64,000 nucleotides of DNA from Mytilus trossulus. Lineage: Eukaryota. Of the stretch, positions 27,701 to 41,300 are shown one piece after another. How positions within the stretch are numbered: the stretch's first letter is position 1; the number at the start of each line of letters is the position of its first letter. The notes beneath the pieces are model-generated. The model made no database searches, had not been told where the DNA came from, and saw only the letters and a list, made by a program, of their open reading frames with translations. The stretch lies in the NCBI RefSeq assembly GCF_036588685.1, contig NC_086374.1, forward strand, positions 88,164,001 through 88,228,000. The letters run 5' to 3'. Made by a program: the position numbers and the translations under genes.

Positions 27701-30700
27701 ATTCCAAAACGGTTGATACATACAAAACGTCGAAAAGGAAGAACATACAAATGTGTCGATCAAAGACCATAAGATGATAAAAAGATAACCCACGAACAGA
27801 TTAACAATAGCAAACACAGCACAACACAGTATTCTAAATATTGTGCAACATCCTTCAGTAAATTAGGAAGATCAGGAAAGGTTAGAACTTCCTGTTTGAA
27901 AAGTACACCGATTTTGAGTCACAACCGATCATAGGCCACAACGAAAGACAAGCCATAATTAATGGAGAGCCATGCAAAATGGTGATTCAGAGACGAGTCA
28001 TAAATAAAGGCAACAGTAGTATACCGCTATTTATAATCAATGGTTGGTGAGTCATAACCAATGACGAGTCACCCAAATGTCTATTCATAACCAATGATGT
28101 GTCAACCATTTGTTTTGCATAAGAAAATGCCTATTACAGTTCAGGAATATAACAGTTGTTGTCCATTCGTTTGATGTGTTTGAGCTTTTCACTTTGTCAT
28201 TTGATACGGAATTTCTGTTTTTTTAACTATCTATGGAGTTCGTTTTTTGTGTTATTTTAATTTCAACAATTGCCTAAGTAATCCCACTTTTTTTTATTGA
28301 CGATTTGCAAACGTTAATATGTAACTTTAAAGAATGTGTTTAAAAGGGACATGACGTGTGACTGCTCACGAGACAAAAAATATCGAAGTCCAAATGAAGT
28401 GAATGTATGCAATGTATTGGTCATTCATCAATGAGTCAAAATCAACCGCATGGCCCGCTGCAAAAGACTCCGACATGACATATATGAAGCTTTTCAAAAG
28501 AGAGAAAAAAGGCCGGATTAATGACAAAACGATTGACATGAAAAATAGACAACAACCCACGATAACCACTGATAATCTTTATACTGATAAAAAAAGGTCA
28601 TATTGTTTGTTACAAGATGTCGTTTGAGTAAGCTTTTAAATCACGTGCAAATAGACAATTGTTTTACGCATATTGTAAATCGTTAATCTCTGTTGTTGCT
28701 TCATGCTGATTTCAAATACTTTGATCTGAATTAATACGCACTGATGTAGTTGATAATTGATGTAATCCTCTTTACTTGAATGAACTAATGGCCACTCGCA
28801 ATGGTTTCTTTCTAACAATTACGATCTCTCTTACTATACAGTGATGGCTTCACAGCAACAATGATGTATCTTCTTCACATGACACAAAGCCAGCAATAAA
28901 TAGATTGCTGCTAAATAATAACACAGATCTAATTAACCACTGGTGCTGCAGAACTATCAAAGTGCATTGTCAAATCAAATTTAGTTTGGGAAGCTGTGAA
29001 AATTAGCATGCTGGGTAAATAAACAAGGAAGATTTTTTACAGATCAACCGATGCAGAATGATTTATATTGGGTACAAAATTTCCATTTCCATTTCTATCA
29101 AAAACGGAAAACCAACGCTTTGAAAGGAAAAGAAAATATCAAAATACAATTGTAATCGTCTCGTAATATCAAATTATTAACAAACAGATAATCACATATT
29201 ACAAATGACAAATGACAAAAAGTAATGTGTCTGAGAATACTGATTATATAATACCAGTCATTAGATTAAAAAATCATTCGAAAGATAGTAATTTCATATA
29301 TTATTTTCGCAATATTAACAGGTTTTGGTGCAAAATATTTGTTTGTGTTTAAAAAGGATGCCTCAAACAAATTAAAAGTCGGTGACATGTTTTTTTATAT
29401 TTTTCCATGACCTTTATTTATAAGTGACAAATTTACAGATAACAAGGATGCCGCGAAACAATTGAAACACAGTGACTTCCTATCATTTCACTATGATTTT
29501 AAAATGTGAATAACAAATTTGTTAGAATTATATTTTTTTAATATAATTAGATTATGACATAAAAGCCAAAACGTAACAAAAGAGGGGCGAAAGATACCAA
29601 AGGAACTCATAGATCGAAAACAAACTGTCAACGCCATGGCTAAAAATGAAAAAGACAAACAGACAAATAACAGTACAAATGACACAACATAGAAAACCAA
29701 AGACTAAGCAACACGAACCCCACCAAAAACTGGGGGTGGTCTGAGGTGCTCCCGAAGGATAAGCAGATTCTGCTCCACATGTGGCACCCGTCGTATTGCT
29801 CATGTTATTACAAACCCGGTTAATAGTATAATTTGGTAGGTCACATTCAAAAGCAAACTCCCCGACAGTTCCAGTTCCGATCCGCATACGGGCCCGAATA
29901 CTACTCTAAAAATTGATGGAGTAAGGGAAATAAGTTCCGGAACGGAAACGATCACTGTCCGGAGTTTGATTCGAAAGGGGAAGGGGATTGTAGTTACGAC
30001 GTAAGGAACATCTCCGATATCACCTTTGAAACGGTTATTCCATAACGGTCAACCAACTCGTGGTGGCGTCCGCAAAATTTACGAAGGGATAATTACAACT
30101 TCACCATTTGGAACTTTTGTTTTAATAGCTGTAATAAACTGTGAAGAAAACATAATTCGATTTTAACCTGACATGAACCGAAAGTAAACATTTGATGTCA
30201 TTTAAGTACACTTCTGAGTATTTTCACACTTACTGCATAGAAGTTTTATTTAGAGCTAAAGCTAAAGCCCAGACTGCATCGTACGCCAATGGAGCCTCTG
30301 GATACCCAACGATCTGACTTGTATCTGTAACATTCAGTTTCTCATCTAATCTTTCCTTGAATCTTTGTGAAGTCTGAAAAAAATAATTAACCGCAGTATA
30401 GAATTAAAACAGAAATATTTAGCGTATATGTTAAGGGGACGACCATTTGATATCCAGGGGGGGGGGGGGGGGGGGTGGGCAGGACGATTTGTTTTGGATC
30501 AGTTATTTATTTTTGTAAAATAAGAGGACAGATTATCTATTTTCTGCACTATTGAAGCAAGATTTTTCATTTTCTTTAAAGCAGGGGACTGATTATTTAT
30601 TTTCACAACTATATTTATAATATTCGAAAACCTACAATTTTAAATTATTTGTTTATTATAAAAAAAAATATATGTATAGTTAAGTGACGTGACCCCCCTT

Positions 30701-33700
30701 AAGTCATTATGTACCATTTAATCAGAATTCATCATCATTCTCTGTAGAAATGACTCTTCTATATTCCCAACTGCATATACATGTATTGTCTTGCATACAT
30801 ACACAGTATTAAAGTATGGTTGTATCTAGCATTTTTTTTTTATGTATTGGCAATTATGTTTCGCCGAGCGGAGCGAGGCAAAATTTTTTTGAAAGGGTTT
30901 TGTAGCCACTGAGGGCCCAAGAAGCTTTAGAACAAATGATGCAAAATCATGCTTTCTGGGTGTTCCTTCAGACCCTTCCTTAATTTGAAAATATCGCCGC
31001 GGTATAGCCTTTTTGTGCTAATGCGGCGTAAAGCAACCAACAATCAATCAATTAATTTGAAAATGCAAACTCTGTTTTAATAATTTTGACAATATTTTGG
31101 TCTTAAAGCAAAATGTTTACATTCAGTGTAAGACTTAAGTTTCTAGGGACAATATCAAAAGACAAATATGCATGATAAAGCAAAAATATAATTCACATAG
31201 TTAAGTCTGTGGCTTCTGCTTTTTTTAAACTCATGATCAAGTTAATAACAAAATTACAAAAGGAATGCAACACTAACAGAATACAGAAGGGCAATCAAAG
31301 AACAAAAGACAAATAAATAAGAAACAATGATCTGGAAAAATCAAGGGGTGCGTCTGAGGGAGAACAAAACTTGCTTCTTGCAAGGCACTCGCCGTGAACA
31401 CAATTTGATATGGAGACAAGCGTTTGGTTTTGAAATTTCCTACATGAGGCATTTGCCTCAATGTAGTTACGATTTTTCTCGGAAAAAAGATGAAATTTAT
31501 ATGAAGAATCTGTTGCCATCTTATACTTTCTATTAGACCTGCTGAGTTATTTATTTTCAATACATTGCAAGTCAGGTTATTTATTTTCAAACCACCACAC
31601 AACAAACCATTTATTTAAGGGCAGGTTCCTAAGTTAACAGTTCACACGAAAGCTTGGTTTTTGTTTGAAATACAGATTGAACAGTACACAATAACATTTG
31701 CTTTAAAAACTCCTATTTTGCTAATTTATAATTTGTTTGTCTATTTGTCTTTTTCCTTTTAGCCATGGCGTTGTCAGTTATTTACGATCTATGAGTTTGA
31801 ATATCCCTCTGTTATCTTTTGATCCTCTTTTTATAGAAATAATGAAGCAGTTTATTTAAAATTAATATGAGTTGAATGTGTCAAACTAATTATGACATGA
31901 AAACTATATTTCAATGCCTTTGTCGATTAATTTCAATTATTTTTAATCATAACGTTCATATTGCTGAAGATTAAAATGAGGGTAGCATTATAACTATACA
32001 ATGGTTGTTCTGATAAAATCAAGTATAAAACACGAACCAGAGAAATATGTATGAATGAATAATGACAATAAATCTAGAAAAAGCACTTCAGAAGCATGAA
32101 ATTTATAACGTGTTATTTCATTTTTTCAGCACTGGGTGGAAACCTCTGCTGAAAGACTATCACTCTCCGAGGGTATCATCAGATTATCAATTATTTGATG
32201 TACTAACATGATTTATAAAAAACTTTCTAAAATTGTCCGTTTAAAAATTGTGATATATTTTTGGTAATTCTTAGTTATACATGTATAGCTTTTTATTGTT
32301 TATGTTCTTACATTGTATACATCTTTAGATTTCTAATATATGTTTTAGAGCGTTGCAGATGAAGTTAAGTTAAGAAAAGAACTTTAGACGCACAAAATTC
32401 ATATCGATTTTTTTTCTCGAATTTTTCTAGCATTGTTTTATGAAATATTATTTCAAAATGTATGGTTTGATTCTGTCGTCGTCCTCCTTAGATCTGTGAA
32501 TACTATGGTTTGCGTAAATATTTTTTTAGTTACCGCCAATCATTCGCATAGCGATTTTAAAATAAGTCACCTATAGCGATGGTATTGGTAGACATTGTTT
32601 CAAAGCCACCATCAGTTAAAAACATTATTTAACTAACGGGTTTTAGAAGTTAAAGATTTTACTGTTACAGTAGTAGAAATGAGTTTATGGCATACGATAA
32701 AATAGCCTTATTCAATAACATTACAGTAGATCGGAAATTGTTCATATACCTAATGAAACTTGTGGTTGACCTAAGTGGTATTACATCTGAGAAAAACACT
32801 TATATTGATCCAGATCTTTATCTGATCTGTCAGAAAAATCTAGTATTAAGAATAGTTTTACAGAAACGTGGTTAGACATCAACGACTCGCTTTAGAATGC
32901 ACTACCAAACGTATGCCTAATATAAATCTCCATCAAATCTCAATTGATATTTTATAAAACGAAAAGTGGTATTACAATGATCAATGGTTCTTAACCATTA
33001 CACGAATGTCAAATTTGTTGACGATTTAATCACAACCTTGAATCGATTGATATCACTTTAATGTATTCAAAAGAGCTAGGAATAAACCACTATTTTGAAT
33101 TAGATTGTACTTCGGCTTTCAAAATGGAATTCCGTTAATAATAACTAAACATATCCTAACGATAAACATATCACGTGACTTATAACGATTACTAGAAGAT
33201 GTGAGTAATTCATTTTATTAATTCCGCAAATTATAGGGTGGCATATAGCATGTATAGTTATTATTGAGTTATTAAGTCACTGAGAATTTATTTTTCAATT
33301 CGAACTATTCCAGTTGTTAAACGTTATAAGCTAAGCCAATGCCATAATAGGGATAACGAGGTGTGTTGCAGTAGTGCTAATAGCACAGACACTGAATACA
33401 AGTTTAAAATCGGATAGCAAGTTGAATATAAGCCGTCGTAACAATTTTAACATCCCCAACAGGAAAGCTTTTTTTTTTATTAACTATCGATTAACTATAA
33501 TTTGTTGATGTTTTAAACACGAGAAAAGCTTTAGTTAGAATTTTTGCAAATAGACCTATAATCAATGGAATTTCTGTGATATGCATACTTCGTATTTTTG
33601 GAAAAGTTTTAGTCCAGCGGATATCAGAATAATTGATCACTTTATGGTAAAAGCATGAAACTTGGCAAAATGAAAGATTAAAGGGTATAAACAAAATTCA

Positions 33701-36700
33701 GATATGGAGCCACGTAAAAAAAATCCAATATGGCCGCCAAATTCAAGATGGCCGCCATAAGTATAACATTTTTCACTTGATGAATATCTTTCAATTCTAA
33801 TGAGTTCCAAAGATGTCAGAAACTTAAGGAAATACAATTCAGATATGACATTTATTATGTTGTTAAACCTTATGGTACAGAAATCATAGAAAATGGCGTC
33901 CAAATTCAAAATGGCGCGTCAAAATGTCTAAGTTTTACCATATTCGAATGTATACACCATTATTATGTGATAGAAAGTTATCAAAGCAGTAAAACTGATC
34001 TTTTTGATATCGACAAAGGGTAACAATGTATCATTTTTACCTGGGTACGAAGATAATATTTTCAAAATGGCGGCAATATTCAAAATGGCGCCGTTTAACA
34101 TGTAAAAATTTGACGTTTGTTTTTGAATATGATATAAAATGATTAAAAAATAATGGATCCAAATGCAGGGTAATCAAAATAAAGCACAGTCTCAATCGGT
34201 TTCTCTGTCACAGTCCGGTGAGCATTTGCATAATGCTGTGCATTTTAATGCTGCTTTTAAGCATTTACATGCACCTCGACATCCTTTCTTACAGCCACAG
34301 TGGATGAGCTCTTGGCATGACATTGAAACTTCAGCCAGCACAGACCAGAATGGTACCCAAGTACCATCAAGTTTTTGCCAACCAAATAAATCTGGTGATG
34401 GCATACCTGGATTTGAAGCTAAACAATTTCCCCAAATAACACTTCCTTGGTAAACTGCACGTTTCGTATGTTGAAGAAGTGCATCTCTTGTTGGAGGAAT
34501 ATTGTCTATTGTTCTTGTCTTTTGTGTGAATAACTGTTTTCTTAACTCATTCACCGTATTAGCTGTACTAGACCGATCATACAAAAGAACAACATACCGT
34601 TCTATTACTTTAAACACTTTTAAAATTTCAACTTCATTTGGATTCTCAATAATCTGCAGAAATGCATCTGACAACTCCTCATATACGGACCATGTGTCCC
34701 AAGCTGATTTCTTACCTTTCCCAGAAAAAGCTGAGACTGTGTCACAACCGGTAAAGGCATGGAACAGTGGAAAGACTTTCGATTTCAATGGTCCTAGAGC
34801 AAGGCACAATTCATGAACTGAAATATATCGGAAGTTCTTTCCAGTGCCAAAACCTATCCACAGCTGTTCAATTTGCAGTCTGTTGAAACAAGAGACAGAC
34901 AAGACAACAACATCTGTGTCAACTGTTCTGATCAGTATTCTGTTATGGCCTTTCAGTGAAGCATCTAAGGCATGCAACAACATTCTAGTATCAGCTTCCT
35001 CGTGTGAACATGGGCTTAACAATTCATAGCTGTGTCCTGCAGTATTTCCAAGGGCGTTGATCTTGTCAGTTACTACGATCTCATTGTCGATACCAGCACT
35101 GGTTATTTTATCAGCGAGAAAATGAAACAACTCAATTTTATTTTCATCTAGACGCAAGAATTCCTGCCAATTTCTTGGTACATTCGTTTCATCTTGAACT
35201 CGTCTTCGAATACCTTTCCCACGTTTTCCTCGAGTAGACGCCTTTAAGATATTGTCAATGTATGTGTCAAATACAATGTCAATTCTTTGTACATTTTTTC
35301 CAATATTCTGAATATACGGTACAAACACTTTTAAAGCGTATTCATTAAATGATTTGACATTGACACTACAGGTTGAACATCTGTTGGAGGGGTTAATCTC
35401 TCCAGACATTTTGAAAGAAGGTCAGCTTTTGTTCCTAGACGTATAGTACCATTTTGACTAAGCGATGGAGGGAAAGCATGATTCTCATGTCTGAAGAAAT
35501 CGTCAAGGTTTCCATCTCTTGATTGACAAGCAATATACAATCTTGAAAATAAAGAACAATTACTTTTCAAAGCCATTAGCTTGTGATCTGTCATAGACGT
35601 TTTCTTTGCAGGAGGTGGTGTTTGAAAAAGTGGTACTAGTAACTTATTCCTCTTGATAGTATTAAAGACAGACGTTGTTCGATCAACAAGGCGTTCTTTC
35701 GTATACTTTTCAAACTGTTCTTGTCCCAATGATTCTATTGTGTTAACAGTTTTAACAACTGATATGTCAACAATGTTCTTCGAATCTAATACAAGCAAAT
35801 CCTTACTTGTCTCTAAAAACGGATTTCCAAGATCATCAATTACATCATACAAAGACACAATGTCATTTCGGAAAGATTCTTGAAAGGATAATGTTTGTTC
35901 ATGATGAAGTTTATTAGATGCGTTAGTGTTCACAAAGCATTCAGTGACATTTTCAAATTCATTTACCAACCTTACGAAGCGCCCCTGGATTTTCCGTCAA
36001 CCCAACAGCACCACCATCTGCTTTAACACAAGCATTATTTTGTTCGTGGGCTTGATCAATAGCCATACAGGAAAATTTCTTCTCTGTCTTGTTGACAACA
36101 AAGTTGCCGTCAAGGAATGCTCTATGAGTTTCTGGGTTCGTTTTTGGTAACTGAACCATATCACGCAGATGAATTGGTAGCCATCGTGAATAATTGGTGT
36201 GATCCAAGGCAAAAAACCAAGGAATGATCTTTGAGAGAGCTTCAATATATAATGAAAAGTTAGCCTCACGTATAGACCTTATAAATATTAATACTGTCAA
36301 TTCAAATCGGAGAGTTATATACCAAAATTTAAAATGAGGAGATTCTTTAGATCGTTCCAAACACCACTCTTCAAATTCTAAGGTAACCTCATCATCCCTC
36401 AAAATATCTTTGTATTGACAGTAAGCATTTGACAATAGACGGTAAAGTGTGCATGCTGTAACTTGGTGTGCTCTACGTGTTTTTGTAACATGAGAAGCCT
36501 TTAGAAATGAATCAGCTGTACCTGGTGATGTAACCTGTGCATTTACTAAAACACTAGTCCATCCACTATCTTCAAGCCAACTACCAAGTGCTTTGAACGC
36601 AGCCATCTCTATGTGTAGGCCACCGAACATCATAACAAAGTGATCCTCACCATATATCTGAGGCCAGTTCCACTGTATTAGTTTTGCTACAGTGAAAAGG

Positions 36701-38259
36701 GGTTGGTCAAAAGCAACAACTGGCGTTTGGCCAGGATTTAGCTTTCTAACAGCGCTACGAATAATGTTCAATGAGTGTCGTATCATTGCAACAGATTTTG
36801 CTTGCTCATGAAACAGAGGTAAAAGGGCAGACACTGCTGGTAATTTATTCCCATCTGGCAGGACTGCAGCATGATAGGCGGACCATGAAATATTTGTACC
36901 CACTGTAGCACTAACACTTGAATTTTCTGCAACATGTTTCAGCCATTTGAATTCCCCTTTTAATGCAGCTGGGAATGAGAACATATCAATTGAAAGTTCT
37001 CCTTCAACTAATGGAATATCTGGTTCGTTGAATCTTAGTACAGCTGGTGGAAGGTTTGAATAACTCTCTGGTAAAAGAGAAACTCTCTTTGACTGACATT
37101 TCAACATAGTTTCAGATTGGTCCAATGCTTGAACAACGCCTTGAGCATCCTCTGAAATATGTTGGAATAAAGATATACCTGTACCATGGAATGAGTCTTT
37201 TGACGATATACTGCTTGGATTGTGATCAATGTTGTCTACAGCAGATGAAGTGAATACATTTTGCAATAGATTGGTAGGGCAAACAATACCTTCTTGAACA
37301 TAACGACGACAAGCATCATTGGCCATTGAAGTAGAAATTTCTAACACTCGATCGTAGGAGACAGACAGTCCAAGTTTGAAGAAAGTATCTACTAGATCAC
37401 GTTTTCTAGTCTTACAGTGGATCATGACTCCCAAATAAACACAAACTGGAGGTTCATGATCTTTCATGTGACGGTTTGATTGTTTCTTTGTACAACTATA
37501 CATCAGAAGCTGTGCTATTGTTAATGTCGACTGAGAATAGGAACGGTCCTGAATGTTGGGTCCAAACTGAATCATACTGATTAAAGAAAGCAATGACTGG
37601 GGTACAGAAGCTTCCTGACATCCCTTTGGGAAGGTTCCTTTGAATTCTGAATTTAATGAGAAAATATCTTTACGAACAAACGTAGCTGCTTTAGATATGT
37701 TGACAAACTCATTATCAAAGTCTTCTAAGCAGACTCTCTTCAGTGCAGGACCAATGTCATCTTTGAAAGCAAGAATGTTTTCACGGCCTTGTTTGTAAGC
37801 ATCTAAGTCTGGGAAATTAGATACGATTCTGTCTTTTAGTCGTGAACTATTAACTCTAGATGAAACATCTGCACCTAGACATGTGATTCTTTCCGTATAC
37901 AGTTTACATAGATCTGACAATTTGTAAACACTTATGGTCTCATCGCATGACCTTGTCTCATTTATATAAGAGACAAGTTGTGAGAAATAAAGATACAAAA
38001 CAAACTTTATTCAAAAAAATATATATGGTGAGAGGTAAAGATATATAGATCGATAATGATTGCAGGTACATGTACATTTGTACAAGGACAGATAATATTT
38101 TTACTGAGGGTTGATGTTAATAATTTATAGTGGGAGTTTTTTTTTCTCATTTGATTTTTCCCCGACAAATGAGACTGTAACAATTGGGGCCCCCTTAGTT
38201 GCTCCCCTGGGCAACTGAGGGTTGATGTAACAGGCGATTGTTAATAAAAGATGTTTTAT

Positions 38260-38312
<53 letters not shown>

Positions 38313-41300
38313 ACAAGTTCTGAAAATGCAATGCCATGGATTTGCCTTTCTTTCTTAGATTCGACATTATCATTTTTCATTTCAATTCGAGATGCACGAT
38401 TATATAGGGAAACTAAACATTTAGAGTGGTACTTTGCCTCCTGTGCAATTAGATCACCAGCACTTAACTTTGCAAGCAACAATGTGTCGTTCAATTTCAC
38501 TGCACATTCTCTCACACGTGTATCTTGTCCAAATGTTGAGGACTCATGAAGGGCTTCTTGGCCATTTTCATTACAGAAAAAGCACACAGACGGGTTACTG
38601 ATAGACTGAACGGAAAAGCTATGTCTAGTCTTTTTTTTTAGATGTGGTGGCTTCATCTATACTCTCACGTAATGTTCGTTTTTCTGCTCTATTTAACTTT
38701 GTCCTGTTTAGTTTTAAGTTGCAAGATTTATGCCAACATGCCTTGTGATCAATAAAAGACTGAGCTATTCCAGATCCCTCATCTAAGTTTTCAACGCACA
38801 CATTAATGCCTTCAGGCATTAATCGCAATGCATGAAACTTCTTAATATTGTCAGCTAAAGATTGATAACCAGCCCCAACATTGAGACGTTTAGAATCAAA
38901 TGGGCATATCAGTTTTTCATCTATAATTTCTTGGCATAGGATGCAATTTGCCCAATCAATATTATTTGATTTAGTTGGTTTGTCATATTCTACACTTGAT
39001 ACCCTGAATGTCTAATCAGTAGCCATGTTGTAAGAACTATGATCGTAAATTTGTTTAAATATTCCTTGTGGATAACTTCTGTATGCCAGACGCGTGTTTC
39101 GTCTACAAATGACGTATCAGTGACGCTTGAATCACAAAAGTCAAAAAGACAAACAAAATGTATGTAATTCAAGATGATGACCTGAAATCTTGAAATTTTC
39201 GCAAAACTCAATTATTTGTTAATTGTTAATGGCTTTCCAGATAAACACGATATAATGTTTAAAAATAAGACTTTTGGCGGCCATTTTGAATTTGTCGGCC
39301 ATTATCGAATTGTTTTCCATATTCAGAAAAGATAAATTAGCATCATATTTAGCAATATACAATGTTTTGTGATTTTATTTTCAATGTTCAATTTAACTAT
39401 TTTTTTTTTATTCTGCCTAATGACTGTTGGCCGCCATTTTGAATTTGTCGGCCATTTTGTGATTAGTTTTGATTGTTCAATATTCGTTAAAGATTAATAA
39501 GCATCATTACTAGCAATATGCATTGTGGTGTGCTTTTATTTTCAATTGATAAATTATACCTTATTTTTTGACTCCGTCTCATGACTGTGGGCGGCCATTT
39601 TGAATTGGCGGCCATTAAAGAATTATTTTTTTATTTTTCCATATTCAGAAAATATTAAGTACCATCATTACTAGCAATATGCATTGTGGTGTGCTTTTAT
39701 TTTCAATTGATAAATAATACTATATTTTTGGACTCAGCTTCATCACTGTTGGCAGCCATTTTGAAATTGGCGGCCATTGTGGATTTTTTTTTATGGCTCC
39801 ATATCCAAAAATGTTTATCAGCATCATAACTAACACTGTGCAAAGTTTCATGCTTTTACCATTAAGTGATCAATTGTCCCAAAATATTGGACTTAGCTGC
39901 TGGACTATTTGTCGGAAGGTGAACATAATCATTTTACTTTACGGTTATCATCCTTGTTTAGTTGATGAGATTGAAACATACATATATATATATATATATA
40001 TATATCTTAGTGTACATATTGGTTGTCCCATTTATCAAATCCAAAACCATGTACAATAAAATAAGTAATTTCTTTGAAATTATGGTTTTCGTAATGGGCG
40101 TGGAAGTTATGAAGGAACAAACTAAATATGCAATCGAAAACTTAACTGTTATCAGAATACCTATCAATTCATTATTAAAATACCGCAGAACAAGATCCAA
40201 ATTATTTTGATTAAGGTACCAAAAAAAAACCACAAACACCAATTAGGAACTGTCATGTTAACTTGAAAATGATATTCATACTCTTAAAAAGTGAAAAAAC
40301 AAATGAAAAAATACTGAACTCCAAGAATTTTTTTAAACGGAAACTCCCTAATCCAATGACAAAATCAAATGATCAAACTCAGCAAACAAGTGGAGAATCA
40401 ATCTCATATTCCTGACTTGGTACAGGCATTTTTTAATGAAAAAAAACCCGGTGGATTAAACCTTGTTTTATTTAGCTAGATAAACCTCTCTATTGAATAT
40501 CAGTCGCATAAAATTCCATTTTATATCGACAATGTGTGAACAAAAACAAAAAGATATAATAGATAAAAGTGTCAAAAAAAGGGACACAGCAGTCAGCGTT
40601 TTGTTCTAACCTTGATCATTAAAAAAAAAAATATGTCAACAAAGAAAAACAAAAAGGCACATAGACAAAGCACAAAACATAAAAAACGAATGACAAGAAC
40701 CAAAACACAGCTACACAATAACGGGATGTTTAAGTACAGATCCACATAAAAAGGATATAAATACAGTGTTGAAGAAATGATAAATATAGAAAGAAAATAA
40801 TTCTTAGCTCAAAGAATAAAGTAGATTTTTGGATGGATAAGAATAAAGTAGCGATTATATCAGACTAAAAACTTTCAACAATGGTGTCTTATTGAAATAT
40901 TTGTATTGTTTGGTCCCGATGGTCCTTCTCGATTCATGAACCAAATACAAAATAACGAAATATATTTAGCGTGAGTACACTACTATAGTCATCATTAATG
41001 CTAATTCAGATTGAGAACAGTAGTTAACAAAATATATCTACTCTATAGATGCACTCAGTTTTAAGTTCATATTCATCCAGGGTGATATTGACGTAATCTG
41101 TAATCTACTAACTTTCCACAATGATTAATCGCGTTTTCCTAATCAGACATAACATGTTTTTATAGTGATGTGTCCCAATGGAACTTCCTTAGGTTATGTC
41201 GGCCTATTTTGAAACATCCATCAAGACTGATTCGTGTCAGTTAAGATGTAACATTTGTACTATTGCATAATTGTGGTTGTCTTGTATAATTATGTCATTC

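Larger units (their letters stand above)
33610..39907 (-). mobile_element. Academ (AcademX-type) DNA transposon, decayed, in a GABBR1 intron
   Basis: Imperfect TIRs of about 140 bp starting TAGTCCAGC at both ends; TTT on both flanks (3-bp TSD); many subterminal AAAATGGCGGCC-type repeats; large transposase-XPG-Cys ORF. Confidence 0.88.

Noticed and set aside
34163-36150. Plus-strand ORFs over the Academ gene
   Set aside because: Antisense shadows of the transposase ORF.
38125-38549. ORFs with poly-Phe or poly-Lys
   Set aside because: Translations of the poly(A) tail of the retro-insertion.
39270-39790. Regularly spaced short repeats resembling a CRISPR-like array
   Set aside because: Subterminal repeats of the Academ element; spacers are similar to each other and the context is eukaryotic.
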